DNA of 64,000 nt. Origin: Octopus sinensis (taxonomy: Eukaryota). Below the pieces are notes generated by a model. It worked only from the letters and a program-made list of their open reading frames with translations. It searched no databases and was not told the origin of the DNA. Positions 26,928 through 39,950 of the stretch are shown here, in pieces (position 1 is the stretch's first letter; every line of letters begins with the position of its first letter). The stretch is taken from positions 50,592,001-50,656,000 of the forward strand of contig NC_042997.1 of the NCBI RefSeq assembly GCF_006345805.1, in the 5' to 3' direction. The position numbers and the translations under genes were made by a program.

Positions 26928-26930
<3 letters not shown>
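26760..26930 (+). mobile_element. Penelope-type terminal repeat (pLTR), inverted relative to the adjacent fragment
   Basis: Similar to the reverse complement of 25727-25800 and of 39745-39950. Confidence 0.75.
26801..26836 (+). ncRNA. Degenerate minimal type I hammerhead-like motif (variant core)
   Basis: CTTT-CTGTGGA-A-GGGC GTAG CCTC-GAAACGT-T-AAAG. Stem I CTTT/AAAG is intact; stem II is partly broken. Confidence 0.45.
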
Positions 26931-26954
<24 letters not shown>

Positions 26955-26969
<15 letters not shown>

Positions 26970-27125
26970 CAAACATACATGCACGCATACATACATACAT
27001 ACATACATACATACATACATACATACATACATACATACATACATACATACATACATACATACATACATACATACATACATACATACATACATACATACAT
27101 ACATACATACATACATACATGCATA
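26955..27125. repeat. (TACA)n array
   Basis: Direct reading. Confidence 0.95.
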
Positions 27126-27945
27126 CATGTGTGTATATGTGAGTTGTTTTGAAAACACAAATGTGTTCTAGTTTAATATTTTACATTTTTTTATGTATGT
27201 GGCATATCCTCATATGAGTTTCCTGCATTTAGTTTACTAATATTATTAGTTTGTGATTTGGTGAAATATATTTTGCGTTCTATTTTATAAGGCTTTTGAT
27301 ATGTTAATCTGTTGTACCGATATTATGTATTTGTCTCATGTGATATGCTTTGTATGGTATCCGTGGCATTTATTCCTTTGTGGTTGTGTTTCTATTTCTC
27401 TATGGCTTCATCAATTATCTTGTTAGAAGAGCCGTTGTTGATAAGTGTTTATTTTGTTACTTTCTTTATCTCGTGTTTCATTTGTGAAGAAGAACCTAAA
27501 CGGCTTACCATGTGGCGATTTTAACAATGACATTTTGTGTGGACATTCGCTGTTTCCATGTAAGTGTATCTTTTTGTGCCTTTGTTGAAAAACCATTGTG
27601 ATATAACAATTATTTCGCAACTAACTTAGGTCTAGAAATGGCATCTTCTCCATTACAGTGAATATATCGCCCACATAGTGAATATCTTGGTGTCACAATT
27701 TTTCTATTGTTACCACACAGAATGTAGCCAAAGTGCGTTCCAAGAGAGAACCCTTGACTGTTCTATCTTTTTACTAACATAATTTACCTTGGGTGTAGTG
27801 AAAGAGTATTTGTGCTATAAAGGATTCTTACAACGTCCTCAATAAAAGAAGCATTCTATTTTGTATTTCTGTTATTTTCTTTCTTCCTTTCTTTATTCTT
27901 TCTTAGCCAAGCTGTATCTTTACTTTTATGTTATTAAACTTACAT

Positions 27946-28462
27946 GTGGAGGCGCAATGGTCCAGTAGTTAGGGCAGTGGACTCGCGGTCGTAGGATCGT
28001 GGTTTCGATTCACAGACCGGGTATTATGAGTGTTTATTGAGCGAAAACACCTAAAGTTCCACGAGACTCCGGCAGGTGGGGGTGAAACCCTCTGTACCTT
28101 TTCACCACAACTTTCTCTCACTATTTCTGCCTGTTTCTGTTGTACAGGTATTTCAAAGGGCCAGCCTTGTCACATTCTGTGTCACGCTGAATCTCCCCGA
28201 GAACTACGTTAAGGGTACACGTGTCTGTGGGGTGCTCAGTCACTTGCAAGTCAATAAAAGAGCTGCGACGTCACTGGTGCCAAGCTGTATTGGCCTTTGC
28301 CTTTCCCTTGGGTAACATCGGTGGCGTAGAGAGGAGGAGGCTGGTATGCATAGGCGACTGCTGGTCTTCCATAAACAGCTTTGCCTAGACTTGTGCCTCG
28401 GAGGGTAACTTTGTAGGTGCAACCCCATGGTCATTCATGACCGATGGGAGTCACAACAACAA
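27946..28462 (+). mobile_element. SINE family C (tRNA-Arg-like head), full length
   Basis: A box TGGTCCAGTAGTTAGG, anticodon-like CTCGCGG, B box GTTTCGATTC; about 430 bp of non-tRNA body ending in (CAA)n. Confidence 0.85.
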
Positions 28463-30059
28463 TTAACCTTACATATTACTTCACATCTTTTTGTTTCTTC
28501 GCTCTGTCTCTCGTTACCTAATTTTGACACACCATACTGGCTAAAGTCCCAATCTAACTCCTTGTTACTTTCGTTTCTTTAACCCCATGCTATCAGCTGA
28601 GTAATCCAGCTCCGTACGTGGCCCAACACTTGGCTCTGTTGTGGAATGTTCTGTTTTAAAATTCTTGATCGGATAGTTGTTTATGTTAATGATACAGCAA
28701 AACATCATACTGTGGGTGCTTTATTGCTAACGTCCCTTCGTTTTTTACATTAAATTATATGAACCAACAAGGGACTCTTTGTGTGGCCACTCGAACTGCT
28801 AGAAATAGCAGCAAACAATTTCATTTAAATTGAGGCCTGAGTTTATTCTGGTTTCAGTGATGTTCAAGCGCCTGAGAATTGAAGATGCATCCCTGTAAGG
28901 TACGCCAACCAGTCGCAGGGCAAAAATCCGTCTTTTGGTGCTACCCATTTTCAACTTAGTCGATTAATGTAATGTGAAATGAACTGCCTTACTAAAGAAT
29001 ACTACGGGTCACCTTGATCCTTGGATTAAAGTGACTGCATAACAATTGTGAAAGCAACAACTAGACCACAAAACCAAGCTCTTTCATAATCTATTGCTAG
29101 TATAACATAATTTTAATAATTAAACAACGTTAATGAATAACTACATTACTAATAGAGTGCGGTTTTGAATAAATATGTATACGGAACCTGTATACCATTA
29201 TGTTTCACGCTTATATTTAGACTATTCGTAAAAATAGATAAACTATAGGCGACTTGCGGTATATAGAAAGTTAGTTGATTCCTGACCAATTTTTAATGAG
29301 AAACGAAACTAATCGAACTCAACATAAGTTAATGAAGTTACTAACGTTTATGCACATTTTCTGTTTTCACAACAATACTAAATATATATACTAAATACTA
29401 AATGCTTTATGACTATTGTATATGATTTCCATATATATATGCATGTCTAAGCTGTGCTGCTATTGTAGTCTTACTTTTAATCCGTCGATCTTACAGCATT
29501 ATGTAAATTTCGCTATGCTAACAATAGTTTGGTTGCATTATTCATGAGTGTATTTGGGCTTCCAAACTTCATCAGATACAACGTGAGATAGTCGACCCCT
29601 GATGAGACTCTCATGAAAGATGAAACTATTCGGTTTGACTCTCGAGTGAAGATGCCAGATCTTCCGTAATTTATCTAGATTCTGTTTCACAGCGACACAA
29701 AATATACACTTGTTAACTACAATATACATGTTCACTACAGCTGTCTCACTCTAGTTGTTAATATTTATACTTCACCGCAACCGAAGCCTTCCCTACGTTG
29801 GATCTGGAGCTTCTGTAGGGCGTGAACTGCATGCCAGGGTATGCCTGCGTGTGATTTTACATATACATGGGTACCTATACTGTTGTGTATATTTGGTCTG
29901 ACCATGTAAATGTATATGTAAGTGAAAGGATAACTCCGTATATACATCGGTATGCACGTGAGTGTCTATCTATACTCTTGATACACGGACATGCAGTTCC
30001 CGATCCTACTTTGGTGTCCTTATTATCAAAATACCTTGAATCCAAGTAGAATACTGCAA

Positions 30060-30950
30060 TTGATTAATTAATTTGATTAGTGACGTTTTCCATGATCATT
30101 GACAGTATGGTCAATCTCCCTACTTTTATTATTTGTACTATTATTATTGTTAAGGAATTTTAATCTTTCTCTATATCCCACCTTCTCTAATGCGAAATTA
30201 TAAAAGTCCTCATTTAGTTTAAATGCTTCCTCGTTCGCCGAGAGTTTATTAATTCGGATTAATATATTTTCTACTGTTGATCGGGTTATACTCTTTGGGT
30301 GATTCATAGTTTTATGAATGTGTCTATGTTTGTATTGGGCTTATGATAAGGCTTGTGTATACCTGTGCTCAGATGTAAATTAACATCAAATAAGTTAACT
30401 GAGTTATGTTCCTCTTCTATAGATATTTTTTCTACTCTAGGAACAAGGCCCGAAATTTTGGGGTGGGGGCCAATCGATTAGATCGATCCCAGTAGCAACT
30501 GGTACTTAATTTATCGAACCCGAAAGGATGAAAAGCAAAGTCGACCTGGGCGGAATTTGAACTCAAAACGTAAAGACAAACGAAATACCACTAAGCATTT
30601 CATCCGGTGTGCTAACGTTTCTGCCAACTCGCCACCTTCCTCTTCTATAGATATTATGAGTCCTATGTTTTTAAAGAACCTAAAAAACTTTTTCTTATAT
30701 TTTTCTATGTCATTGTTTCAGGAGTTAAACAGAAAAGTGCATCATACCTGCATAAACCCCCTCCTATTTCTGGAAGTTCCTTATACAGGCATGTATATCC
30801 TTACTAAGTCTGTTATCTGTGCAGAGTCTGTCGATCCCATAGTTATATCGAACATCTCTGGTCTATCCTTTCTCATCCAGTACTTTCCCTCATATTTTAT
30901 AATTGATTTCCTAGTCGCTAATATAATGTCTACTTCTACTCTAGTAGGGT
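30060..30950 (-). mobile_element. Degraded Penelope-type RT fragment interrupted by a SINE
   Basis: FDITMGSTDSAQITDLV (MGS motif), GLCRYDAL (decayed YRDD), VNLFDVNLHLSTG.HKPYHKPN, NHPKSI..RINKLSANEEAF. Confidence 0.8.
30428..30636 (-). mobile_element. SINE family A (tail type 2) with a 17-19 bp TSD
   Basis: (TT)CCTCTTCTATAGATATT at 30409-30427 and 30637-30655. Confidence 0.9.
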
Positions 30951-30959
30951 TTTTCATAT

Positions 30960-31405
30960 ATACATTTGTGTTTGTGTCTGTGTTTCTCCCACCACAATCG
31001 CTTGGCAACCGACGTTGGTGTGTTTACGTTCCCGTAACTTAGCAGTCTGGCAAAGGAAGACGATAGAATAAGAACTAGCCTAACAAAGTCCTGGGGTCGA
31101 TTTGTTCGACTAAAACCCATAAGGTGGCGCTCCAGCATGGCTGCTGTCAAAAGACTGAAACAAGTAAAAAATAAAAGAATATGTGTGTGTGTGTGTGCAA
31201 GTGTATGCGTGTGTGTCTTTGTGTTTGTGTTGTCTCCTAGCACTGGTGTTGGTGTGTTTATGTCCCCTAATCTAGCGGTTCGGCAAAAGAGAGTGATAGA
31301 ATAAGTTCTAGGTACTAGGATCGATTCATTCGACAAATAATTCTTCAAGGCGATGCCCCAGCATGGCCGCGGTCTAGTGACTGAAACAAGGAAAAAGGAC
31401 AAAAG

Positions 31406-31408
<3 letters not shown>
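30960..31408 (+). mobile_element. Two adjacent 5'-truncated SINE B copies (about 30960-31180 and 31205-31408)
   Basis: Each ends in CCAGCATGGC..GACTGAAACAAG..AAAAGA. Confidence 0.8.
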
Positions 31409-31460
<52 letters not shown>

Positions 31461-31879
31461 TGGATTGACAGATCGATCGATTGATTGGTTGATTTCGACT
31501 TCCATTTACTATGATATTTCGTTTCTGCTGTTTTACATCGCACGTATGCACAATCATTGTAAACTGAAAAAAAAAGATGATTCAAATGTCTTTAATTTAA
31601 ACATTAAAATATATTGAAGCTCAGATATTCGAATAATTTTAAGCGATTATTCATAAAGCAAATTATTTTTATTGGAATTTTTATGTTTGTTTTTAACGGA
31701 ATTTGTGGACATTAAGAACACGGCATAGAACTATATTTGATATCCAGTGAAATATCTCAACAAAATAAATAAGTAAATAAGTGAATAAATAAAGTCAAAA
31801 AGAAAAAAAGAAAGAAAAACATACAATTTTTTTGATATTTGTTCAACGCAGAAAAAAATATTAAAGACAAACTGTATAT

Positions 31880-32224
31880 GAAGAATTTTGCTTTCCAGCC
31901 ATGAGATTCGGGTTTCAGACCCTCTGTTAGACATCTTGGGCAAGTATCTTCTACTTTGACCTCGGGTCGACCAAACACTTATGAGTAGATTTGGTAGACG
32001 CAAACTGAAAGAAGCTTGTGGTATATGTGTGTTTTTGTGTTTGTGTCTGTCTCCCTCTCCACACTTCGTGTTTACGTCCCGTAAATTAGCGGTTCGGTAG
32101 AAGATACCGATACAAAATACCACGCTTCAAAAAACTGTACTGGGGGTCAATACATTCTACTTAATTCTCCAAGGTGGTACCCTAGCATGGCTGTAGTCTA
32201 ACGACTGAAAGATAAAAGATAAAG
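31880..32224 (+). mobile_element. SINE B, degraded, nearly full length
   Basis: CORE-like ATCTTGGGCAAGTATCTT, GGTAGACGCAAACTGAAAGAAGC, and tail GACTGAAAGATAAAAGATAAA. Confidence 0.8.
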
Positions 32225-32830
32225 TGAAAATATTTCACGTTTCGGATTAGGACTTTTCTTCAAGCAAGAGAGAAGGAAATCAGAAGGAACGGAAAAGAAA
32301 AAGATCCCTAAGAGTTACAAAAAGGAAAGCGTGTTTTACAAGGAGAGTAAGTGTAAGGAGAGGAAATGGATGACTGACATGTGGTGTATGCGCCTTCGTT
32401 GTGTGTGTGTATGTATGTAAACGTGTTTATGTATGTACATAAAGTACGTTACTGTGTTAGCACGTGTGTGAGTATGAAGTTCTGTACATTATTTGTGCAC
32501 ATGCTATGTATGTTGCATGTGTATGTGTAGGTATGTGTGTGTCGTATGCATTATGAAACGTGATGGTGTGTCTGTAACTGCTCTAATTGGAACAACGTTG
32601 TATATGTAGATGTGTGTTCGTATAGACGTATGTAGTTTGAAGACTGTAAACCACTTATTCAACCAATACATCTAAGGCGATAAGTAAGTTATTGCTCACG
32701 TTGTAGATGTGATTCTAGAGAACCATGGTATGAGTCGATACTAAAGATATATGATGAGGTGTTTGTCGATGATGGGTGATGGGTGATTTAGAGTTCAGTC
32801 TGACATGAGTGTGGGCTTTCATTTATTGCA
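32225..32830 (-). mobile_element. Highly degraded Penelope-like 3' end
   Basis: HLQREQ*LTYRLR resembles the endonuclease C-terminus; TTGAAGA..CCGAAACGT motif at about 32237-32265. Confidence 0.4.
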
Positions 32831-33624
32831 GTCTGTCTTTTTTAATTATTGCTGCTGTCTGTCTCCACGTTTACCCTTTGCCAATGGAGGTTTTTTTGCA
32901 CCTGAGCAGTAATCTCATTATTATTAAAATTAAATCATCCACATGCGTTATAACGAAACAACCTCCATGCAGTCGGTCAATCTGTTCAAAATAACAACCA
33001 AAATCTTCCATGAATTATACCCTACTATTTCATATGAAAGACACACGGGATAATGTAGTTTCCGGGTATAAAGAAAAGATAGGACTGCAAATATGGAAAA
33101 TCTTTTGATCATGAGTTTTTCTCCGCACAAATCATTTGCTGAAACAAAAACTTTGTAATATTTTCAAATAACGCTTCCAATATTCAGTTTTCACCAGGGC
33201 CCAATTCATAAACTTTATATATGTGTGTATATATGTGTATATATATGTGTGTATGTGTGTGTATGTATATGTATATGGAGTCTGAGTATGAATATGTCTG
33301 TTTGTATAGATATGTTCGTTTCTTAGTGTGTATGTATTATTGTACTTCTTTCTTAGTATGTGTGTATATCTATGTTTGCGTTTGTATTTCTATGTTAGTG
33401 TGTACTCATGCGTATATATGTATGTATGTGCATAAATATGTGCATATATGTGTTATATGAGTAAATATACGACCCATTAGCCAGCAGTCCTTGATCTTAC
33501 CTGCTGGGTTATGATGTTAGTTTTAGATAAACTATGACAATTCCGCAGTCTATGATTTTTGGTTATGTCATAACTCATAGAAAACATTCTATAACTGCAT
33601 TTTGTTGCTGTTCTTGTTGTTGTT

Positions 33625-33653
33625 ATTAGTATTATTATTATCATAATCATCAT

Positions 33654-33697
<44 letters not shown>

Positions 33698-33700
33698 TTT

Positions 33701-33777
<77 letters not shown>

Positions 33778-33800
33778 ACTACTACTACTATTACTACTAC

Positions 33801-33832
<32 letters not shown>

Positions 33833-33835
33833 TGT
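33625..33835. repeat. Compound (CTA)n/(CTG)n/(TTA)n repeat
   Basis: Direct reading. Confidence 0.95.
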
Positions 33836-33879
33836 TAGACCTTCGGAAAGATGACTTATGGTAGTTGTCCCTCTCCTTT

Positions 33880-34440
33880 ATGCTTTAGTTTCTAATCCTA
33901 CTAAAGTCAGCTCTTCGCTTTTCATTCCACCGAGGTCAATAAGTACTAGCTAATCACTGGGATCGTTTTAGATTAATAAGCATTTATTTCCCCTTTGGTT
34001 TTGTACTTAAATGAAAAACATTTCGGTTTCACAAAATCGTAAGACCAAAATATCTTTCAGTATTTCTTTTAGATCTTTATAAGTTTAAATCCCGCCGAGA
34101 TTAACTATAACTCTTCTTTCCGTGGGAAGGTGGTCGATAAAATGAAATAAGAACTAATCTCTGGGATTGGCTTAAAAAGACTTCCCCCTCATTATAGTAT
34201 ATGTGGCCTTTGTACTTATTACAAACATTTAAGTGGGTGGTGGATAATTAGAACCGTCTGAATGTCAAAAAAAATGTTTTGTTGCAATTGTTCTGGATTT
34301 TTACTTAAATCTCATCGCGTTTAACATTGTCTTTCGTCTTTTCAGTGACGATTACATAAACTACTGATCAAGTGCTAGGCTCGGTATAATCGACTAAACT
34401 CTTCCCTTTTAAAAAATGCTAACTTTGTGCCTCTGGGGTG
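33880..34440 (+). mobile_element. Two or three strongly decayed SINE A-like copies
   Basis: Remnants of AAATCCCGCCGAG, GGTCGATAAAAT..AAGTACTAG and ATAATCGACTAA. Confidence 0.45.
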
Positions 34441-34721
34441 AATGCAAAATTGTCTGTGTTATTAACATCGTATTTGCTCTGCTGTATAATTTGATTTCTC
34501 GTTTCTGGTGCTATAATCATATTTCTTTCGTTGTGTAGAATGGATGCAACGTGTGTTGTAATGTGATTGGTATGTGCTTCAGTGTGGGACGGTGACTGAA
34601 CAGAGTAGATGCTGTGCAGATGTAGCTGTATATAATGTGGTGAGCTGTGTGAGTTTTCGGTGGCATAGTATCGGAGTATATATAAAAGTGTATTATTTTA
34701 TTGATTGTTGATTGTCTAGAG

Positions 34722-35021
34722 CAGTGGTTGCCAAAGTCGGCGGTACTACCCTACCCCACCTGAGGTCGGTGGAAAGCTCCAAATTTGGGGGAGGGGCGTT
34801 GATGAAAAGTGGGGAGATAATGGAGTAGTCAAAAGGGGCCAATGGATGAGAAAAACAACAAAATAATTGGTTAATACGGCTAAGTTTTATTTGTGGAATA
34901 CAATTGCTTTGAATTTGCTTCAGAAAGTGGTCTATGTTTGTGGCGATGAATGGTGAGGTGGCGCTAGGAATGTGACCTTGGTACCAAGGGAGCACAACCC
35001 AAAAAATTTTGGGAGCTACTG
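34722..35021. mobile_element. hAT (Charlie-like) MITE
   Basis: Ends CAGTGGTTGCCAAA and (reverse complement) CAGTAGCTCCCAAA; flanks GTCTAGAG and CTCTAAGT resemble a decayed NTCTAGAN 8-bp TSD. Confidence 0.7.
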
Positions 35022-36023
35022 CTCTAAGTATGTGCTGTGAGAGTTGTATTATATAATTAAGTGGTTGTTATGCAGGATTATGCACTGTGTGCAGAAAGTG
35101 TTCTCTTGAGAAAGTGTGCTGTTGAGATGAAAGGACGTGGACTCTAAGCCGTGTGTAATGTTGTGAATCCTGACATGACTTGTATAATATTGTCCGTATT
35201 TTTTCATACCTACATGCTCCTCAGTTTCAAGTTCACTCTATTTTGATAGGTTTTGCACCTCCTTGGTGGAAGAGATCGCGATGAATGTCAGCGCCCCGGT
35301 CTTTTCGCTTCAAGGCAGAATCATTAACAGATCCATTAGAGTGCTACATCAAACTATTACGATTCTCTGCACTCTGAGTTCCACTTTGCTTTGTATCATT
35401 TCGGGATCCTGAAAAGAATACTAATACACGGCAATGAAATACAGGATCTGGCAGCTGACTTGTAATAGCTGTTCTGGTGCTTTGCATCCTAACAGCAACG
35501 CTGTTTTTAGTTGATTTAATAGAGTGTTCATGTCGCTTTTAAATACTATATACAACCGACTAACGTTGTAACATTGCGTTCCTCTTGAAATCTAAAAGAA
35601 GATCTGTGATTATTTAGAACGGCCTAAAGAGGCCCTCTGATGCCCCATAATATGTCTGCGTGTCTTTTTTCCTGATTTGCTTTATAGACCAACTCTGCTT
35701 TGTAGACCACTGTGTTAAACCTATATGAATATCCTACCTGAGTACTCACTGTCGAACCTATATGAGTATCCTACCTCAATCCTGGGTCTTGGTTATATAT
35801 TTTTTTCTTAATGCAAGGTGGTCAGCTAAACGAGACCCTTATATTATGTCTGTCAACGGCCTAGGGTAAAATGATTGCCCACAAGTGTAAAGAAGGCTCT
35901 TCCTCCGTATTTTTTCACGTTGAAAGAGAACGATGGTGCAAACAAAAATAACAACACATACACACATACATACATACATACATACATACATACATACATA
36001 CATACATACATACATACATACAT

Positions 36024-36063
<40 letters not shown>

Positions 36064-37399
36064 ATTTTGAGGATACAGTTACCTCTTAAAAGGGATGTTA
36101 ACAGCCAAGCCTCACCAGTTTAATCTTATGTATCGTTGACTAAAAGAACTGGCGACGACGCGATCTTTTGCTTCCCTTTCGGTTCGATAATGTTCTATGC
36201 AATTCATATCAACTGTTCTAAAATTTTTGATGGGTTATGTTCGTGGTGAAAACAACACACACATAACTTTTATTGTATATAAAATAAAATGAAATGTAAA
36301 AATCCATTAAATCTCCCATTGTGAAATGTGCGTTGTGGGGCGCTTACATGATAAAACATCGGGTCGTTAGCTAAGAAAATATTTACTAAGGCTGCGTTAA
36401 ATCTGTTATACTCCTTAATTCGGCCTGCCTAGTTATAAATACGTACCATGTATACCATATATACGTAAGTCTTGATGCTGCAAACGTCCGGCGAGCTTCA
36501 TAGTTGATTACCGTCATTTTGAAGCTGTCAGTTCAAGCACTACTACGAAGCTTCGTCTTTCTCAAAAGTCAAATGGCTTATATTGCTTTTTTTTGATTCA
36601 ACAACTATCTCCTCTAACAAACGGTTTTCTTTTGAAGAAAGTCATTTTACTTTAGCGATGATGATTATTGCAAAAGACCGATACTTTGTGGGCGTTACGC
36701 ACAACTTTTTATCTTTAAACGATAACTTTAAAGCAAATGTAGTAGTAAAAATGAAGATAAAACAAAATCATTTTGCAAAATGTTATGTTATCGTATTTCT
36801 TTTGTTGTTCCATTTGAAGACTCGAATTTAATGGAAGCACGATACTTGACGTTTTTTTTTTATATCCACTAAGAATTTCTTGCATGAATATCAGAAGCAA
36901 CCGATGGTCGTGTCTGTTTCAATTAAAAGGAATTTCAGCTTTGACTAAGAACAATAAAGAAATACGAGGAGATTGATAACGCAGTTTATTTTGGTCAAAC
37001 TGGCGTGAAGAGCATCTTTCTTCAAAGCTACGTTCAATATTTCCGGTTAATAAACACCGATCAAATTTGCTATATCCCCATTGTTTACTAGAGTGACCAG
37101 CACCATCTTGCACTACGTATTTGCAGATAGATAAGGAAAGCCATTTAGAGTAATATTCTGGTTACAGATATGGAGACATATCCTTGGCAAAATATGCGAA
37201 TTACAAAGATCCATATATGGCTCTGTGATAAGAGATGGTTAATATAATTTCTCTTTTATCAGAAGAGTAACGGATGACAGAAGCCTTAAAGGGTCTCTAA
37301 AACTATTGAGACTCATTTGTTGCTGTTTAGCCACAGTTAAGGGCTGTCGAGCTGATGTAGGGTCAAAGGCATTCTAGCCATGACTATTCCGTCTTTTCT

Positions 37400-38300
37400 G
37401 ACTAGGACGGCAGAGTGTGCTTAGAGAGAGAGTTGACTGATGTTTTTAACCGGTCGTACGACTACGTTGTCTCGGTGAGACAGGAAAGGTAGATGTGATA
37501 GATATTTAGTTTGGAATTCAGTAGGAGAACATATGCGGCGGAGAAAACTTGGAGAAAGACATGTTCTTTGCAGGAATGATTAGGATAAGGTATTTAGTGT
37601 CGCATTTGGCAGAAAGCAATTGACAGTGACTAAAAGTGATATGAATTATTCTAGAATACTAGAATATGTAACGAGGTGGAGGGTTTTAGCTTTGCATTGG
37701 AAATGATTAGGAGAGGTGTAGTGTTATGAGGCCTGTTAGATTAAGTATATTTGGGATGATAAGAGGATGAAAGGGGAGTGTGCTAGGTGAGCTTGGACGA
37801 AGTTGCTATACAGTTAATTAGTCCGGAGAGACTGTGATCGTTGAAGTTATAAGAGACGAAAGAACTGTACGCTTATGAGACAGTGGTTGTAGCGTATCAT
37901 GGAGGTGTCTTTGCCAATAAATCTCATGAACTTATTTGGATGTAGTCAGAAACGTTTGTGTGCGTGGCAACAAGCACATCTCTAATATGGAAAATTTCAT
38001 TGAATATTGTTTGCACTCGAACTTTGTAGAAGCTCAATAACAGACCACACATGAAGTAATTTATGGTCCTACAAAGGAATCCTTGTCTTCCTGATGCAGC
38101 TTTATTAATGATCAAAATGTATCCAAGCTCATTTTTTGCAAGGGTATCGATATCAAGCTGATGAGGACTATCTGCAGCAGGATAAGTGAAGTGGGTAGTA
38201 ATGTATATTTCTGTTTTCGTTAAAGTTGAGACAATATTTCTGAAGTTATTTAAAATATTATTTGGAAATCCGATTTTGATGCTTGACATTTTACACCGCT
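37400..38300 (-). mobile_element. Ancient LINE RT relic (L2/CR1-group-like)
   Basis: Weak, correctly ordered RT-like peptides only, with many stops. Confidence 0.3.
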
Positions 38301-38853
38301 CCTCCCTACGTGTATTGGTAGGTTTAATTCAAGAAGGCTATGGGATTATTGAGTTAAGAGGCTTATTGTTGTGTTACTGTCACATGAAAATTCAAATCAG
38401 CTGAAATTATCATGATATATTTATTGGTTCCTTTGTTGTTTTGTAAATTGGTTCTGCTGCAAATTTCAAACACAAGCGGTGACTCAAGCTGTGAAACATC
38501 AATTGGTTTATATATCATAGGTATGCATACATAGCTATAACAAATACCGTTTTATAAATATACAGTCGGGCCTAAAGAGATTCGTATACATTACTTTGTT
38601 GTATTTAGTATAACTCTTCATGGTTCTCATTTCAAATTCTACATGAATCAAATTTGTGAGTCGATAAAATATTTAACTAATAATGGAAGATTCTGAAATG
38701 AAAGCAATCAAATTGCGACCACCAAAAGAACTTAATATAGAGAATTGTACCTAACGCAAATTATGTTTGTGGCTTAGTTTTTAAACTGTTCAAATGCAAA
38801 GAAACAGCATAACCAAATGAGGTTACATGTGCGCATATGTGCATGTATATATA

Positions 38854-38903
<50 letters not shown>

Positions 38904-39635
38904 GTACAACTCTAAGTGACCAATATTCAAAACGCTGAACAAGTGCACTTAAGAACTCTTTTGGAGAGATGGACTTCCAGTTCATGTTAAAACATTTAAT
39001 CAAGAAAGTTTTAGAGAGGGCTCCTTAGCCTTAAGCTAGGCTATATACCATACTACTTTGCTTTGCTACCCTACCATTCGGCCCTTTAAGACAAAAGGTT
39101 GGAGAGTAAAGCCTGAGTAAAACAAAATAAGCTATAGTAGAGATCTTTAACGCAGTTGCTAAACGATAAGATTTCTGGCAGTTTCCTACTGCTGGGAGGA
39201 AGCATCATTGACATGTTCTATCCTTATCGCTGGATCTGTTTCATACATAACGAAGAAGCTCATTGTGAGAAACGCAGATTTCGAACACCATTATAAAGCT
39301 CCATTGTGCAAGTGTCTAATCTTGCATCATTTGATCATCTTGTTGGAATAATATGGTCGCTGCTATTGCAGCTGTCGGAATATTACGAACGCGGTAGAGA
39401 AAACGATCACTCTTGTGGTTTGCGCATTCGGTAGACAAACTATATATGTAGTATTGGTGGCAGCAGATACATTTCTCCAGTCACCTGCACGTCTACGCCG
39501 CTCGCTGCTGTCGCTGATTCTTAACTAAAGCAGAAAATGAACAGCAATTACAGTCATCGAATGAAGGCGTATGCATTTATCATTAAAAGCGATGGGCAGT
39601 ATGAACACACACACGCACACACACACACGCACACA

Positions 39636-39674
<39 letters not shown>

Positions 39675-39675
39675 A

Positions 39676-39744
<69 letters not shown>

Positions 39745-39752
<8 letters not shown>

Positions 39753-39950
39753 AAAGGGAAAGTTTACGAAAATAAACAAAAGACGAAGGCAGTTGGTGTA
39801 CAAACAAACAAATGTATTAGTATAGCGCTCAGGAATATAAAAAGTCTTTTACGTTTCGAGCCTACGCTCTTCGACAGAAAGATACACAGAAAAAAACAAG
39901 GAGAGAAAAAAATGTATATATATACAAAGGTTCGAGTGAAACAAATTGAT
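39745..39950 (-). mobile_element. Solo Penelope-type terminal repeat
   Basis: Same family as 26760-26930 and 25727-25800, which border a GIY-YIG fragment. Confidence 0.75.
39845..39882 (-). ncRNA. Minimal type I hammerhead-like motif with a CUGUCGA core
   Basis: TCTTT-CTGTCGA-A-GAGC GTAG GCTC-GAAA-CGT-A-AAAGA: perfect 5-bp stem I, 4-bp stem II, palindromic ACGU stem III, GUA triplet. Confidence 0.6.

Noticed and set aside
27946-28020. tRNA-Arg gene (also at 61459)
   Set aside because: No complete acceptor stem, and it continues into a SINE body, so it is a SINE head.
29590-29645. CTGATGA..GAAAC..GTT hammerhead-like string
   Set aside because: Stems I and II do not pair in register with the core.
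36919-37113. QDGAGH motif suggesting a Tc1/mariner catalytic fragment
   Set aside because: A single short motif, with no SPDL motif and no TIRs.
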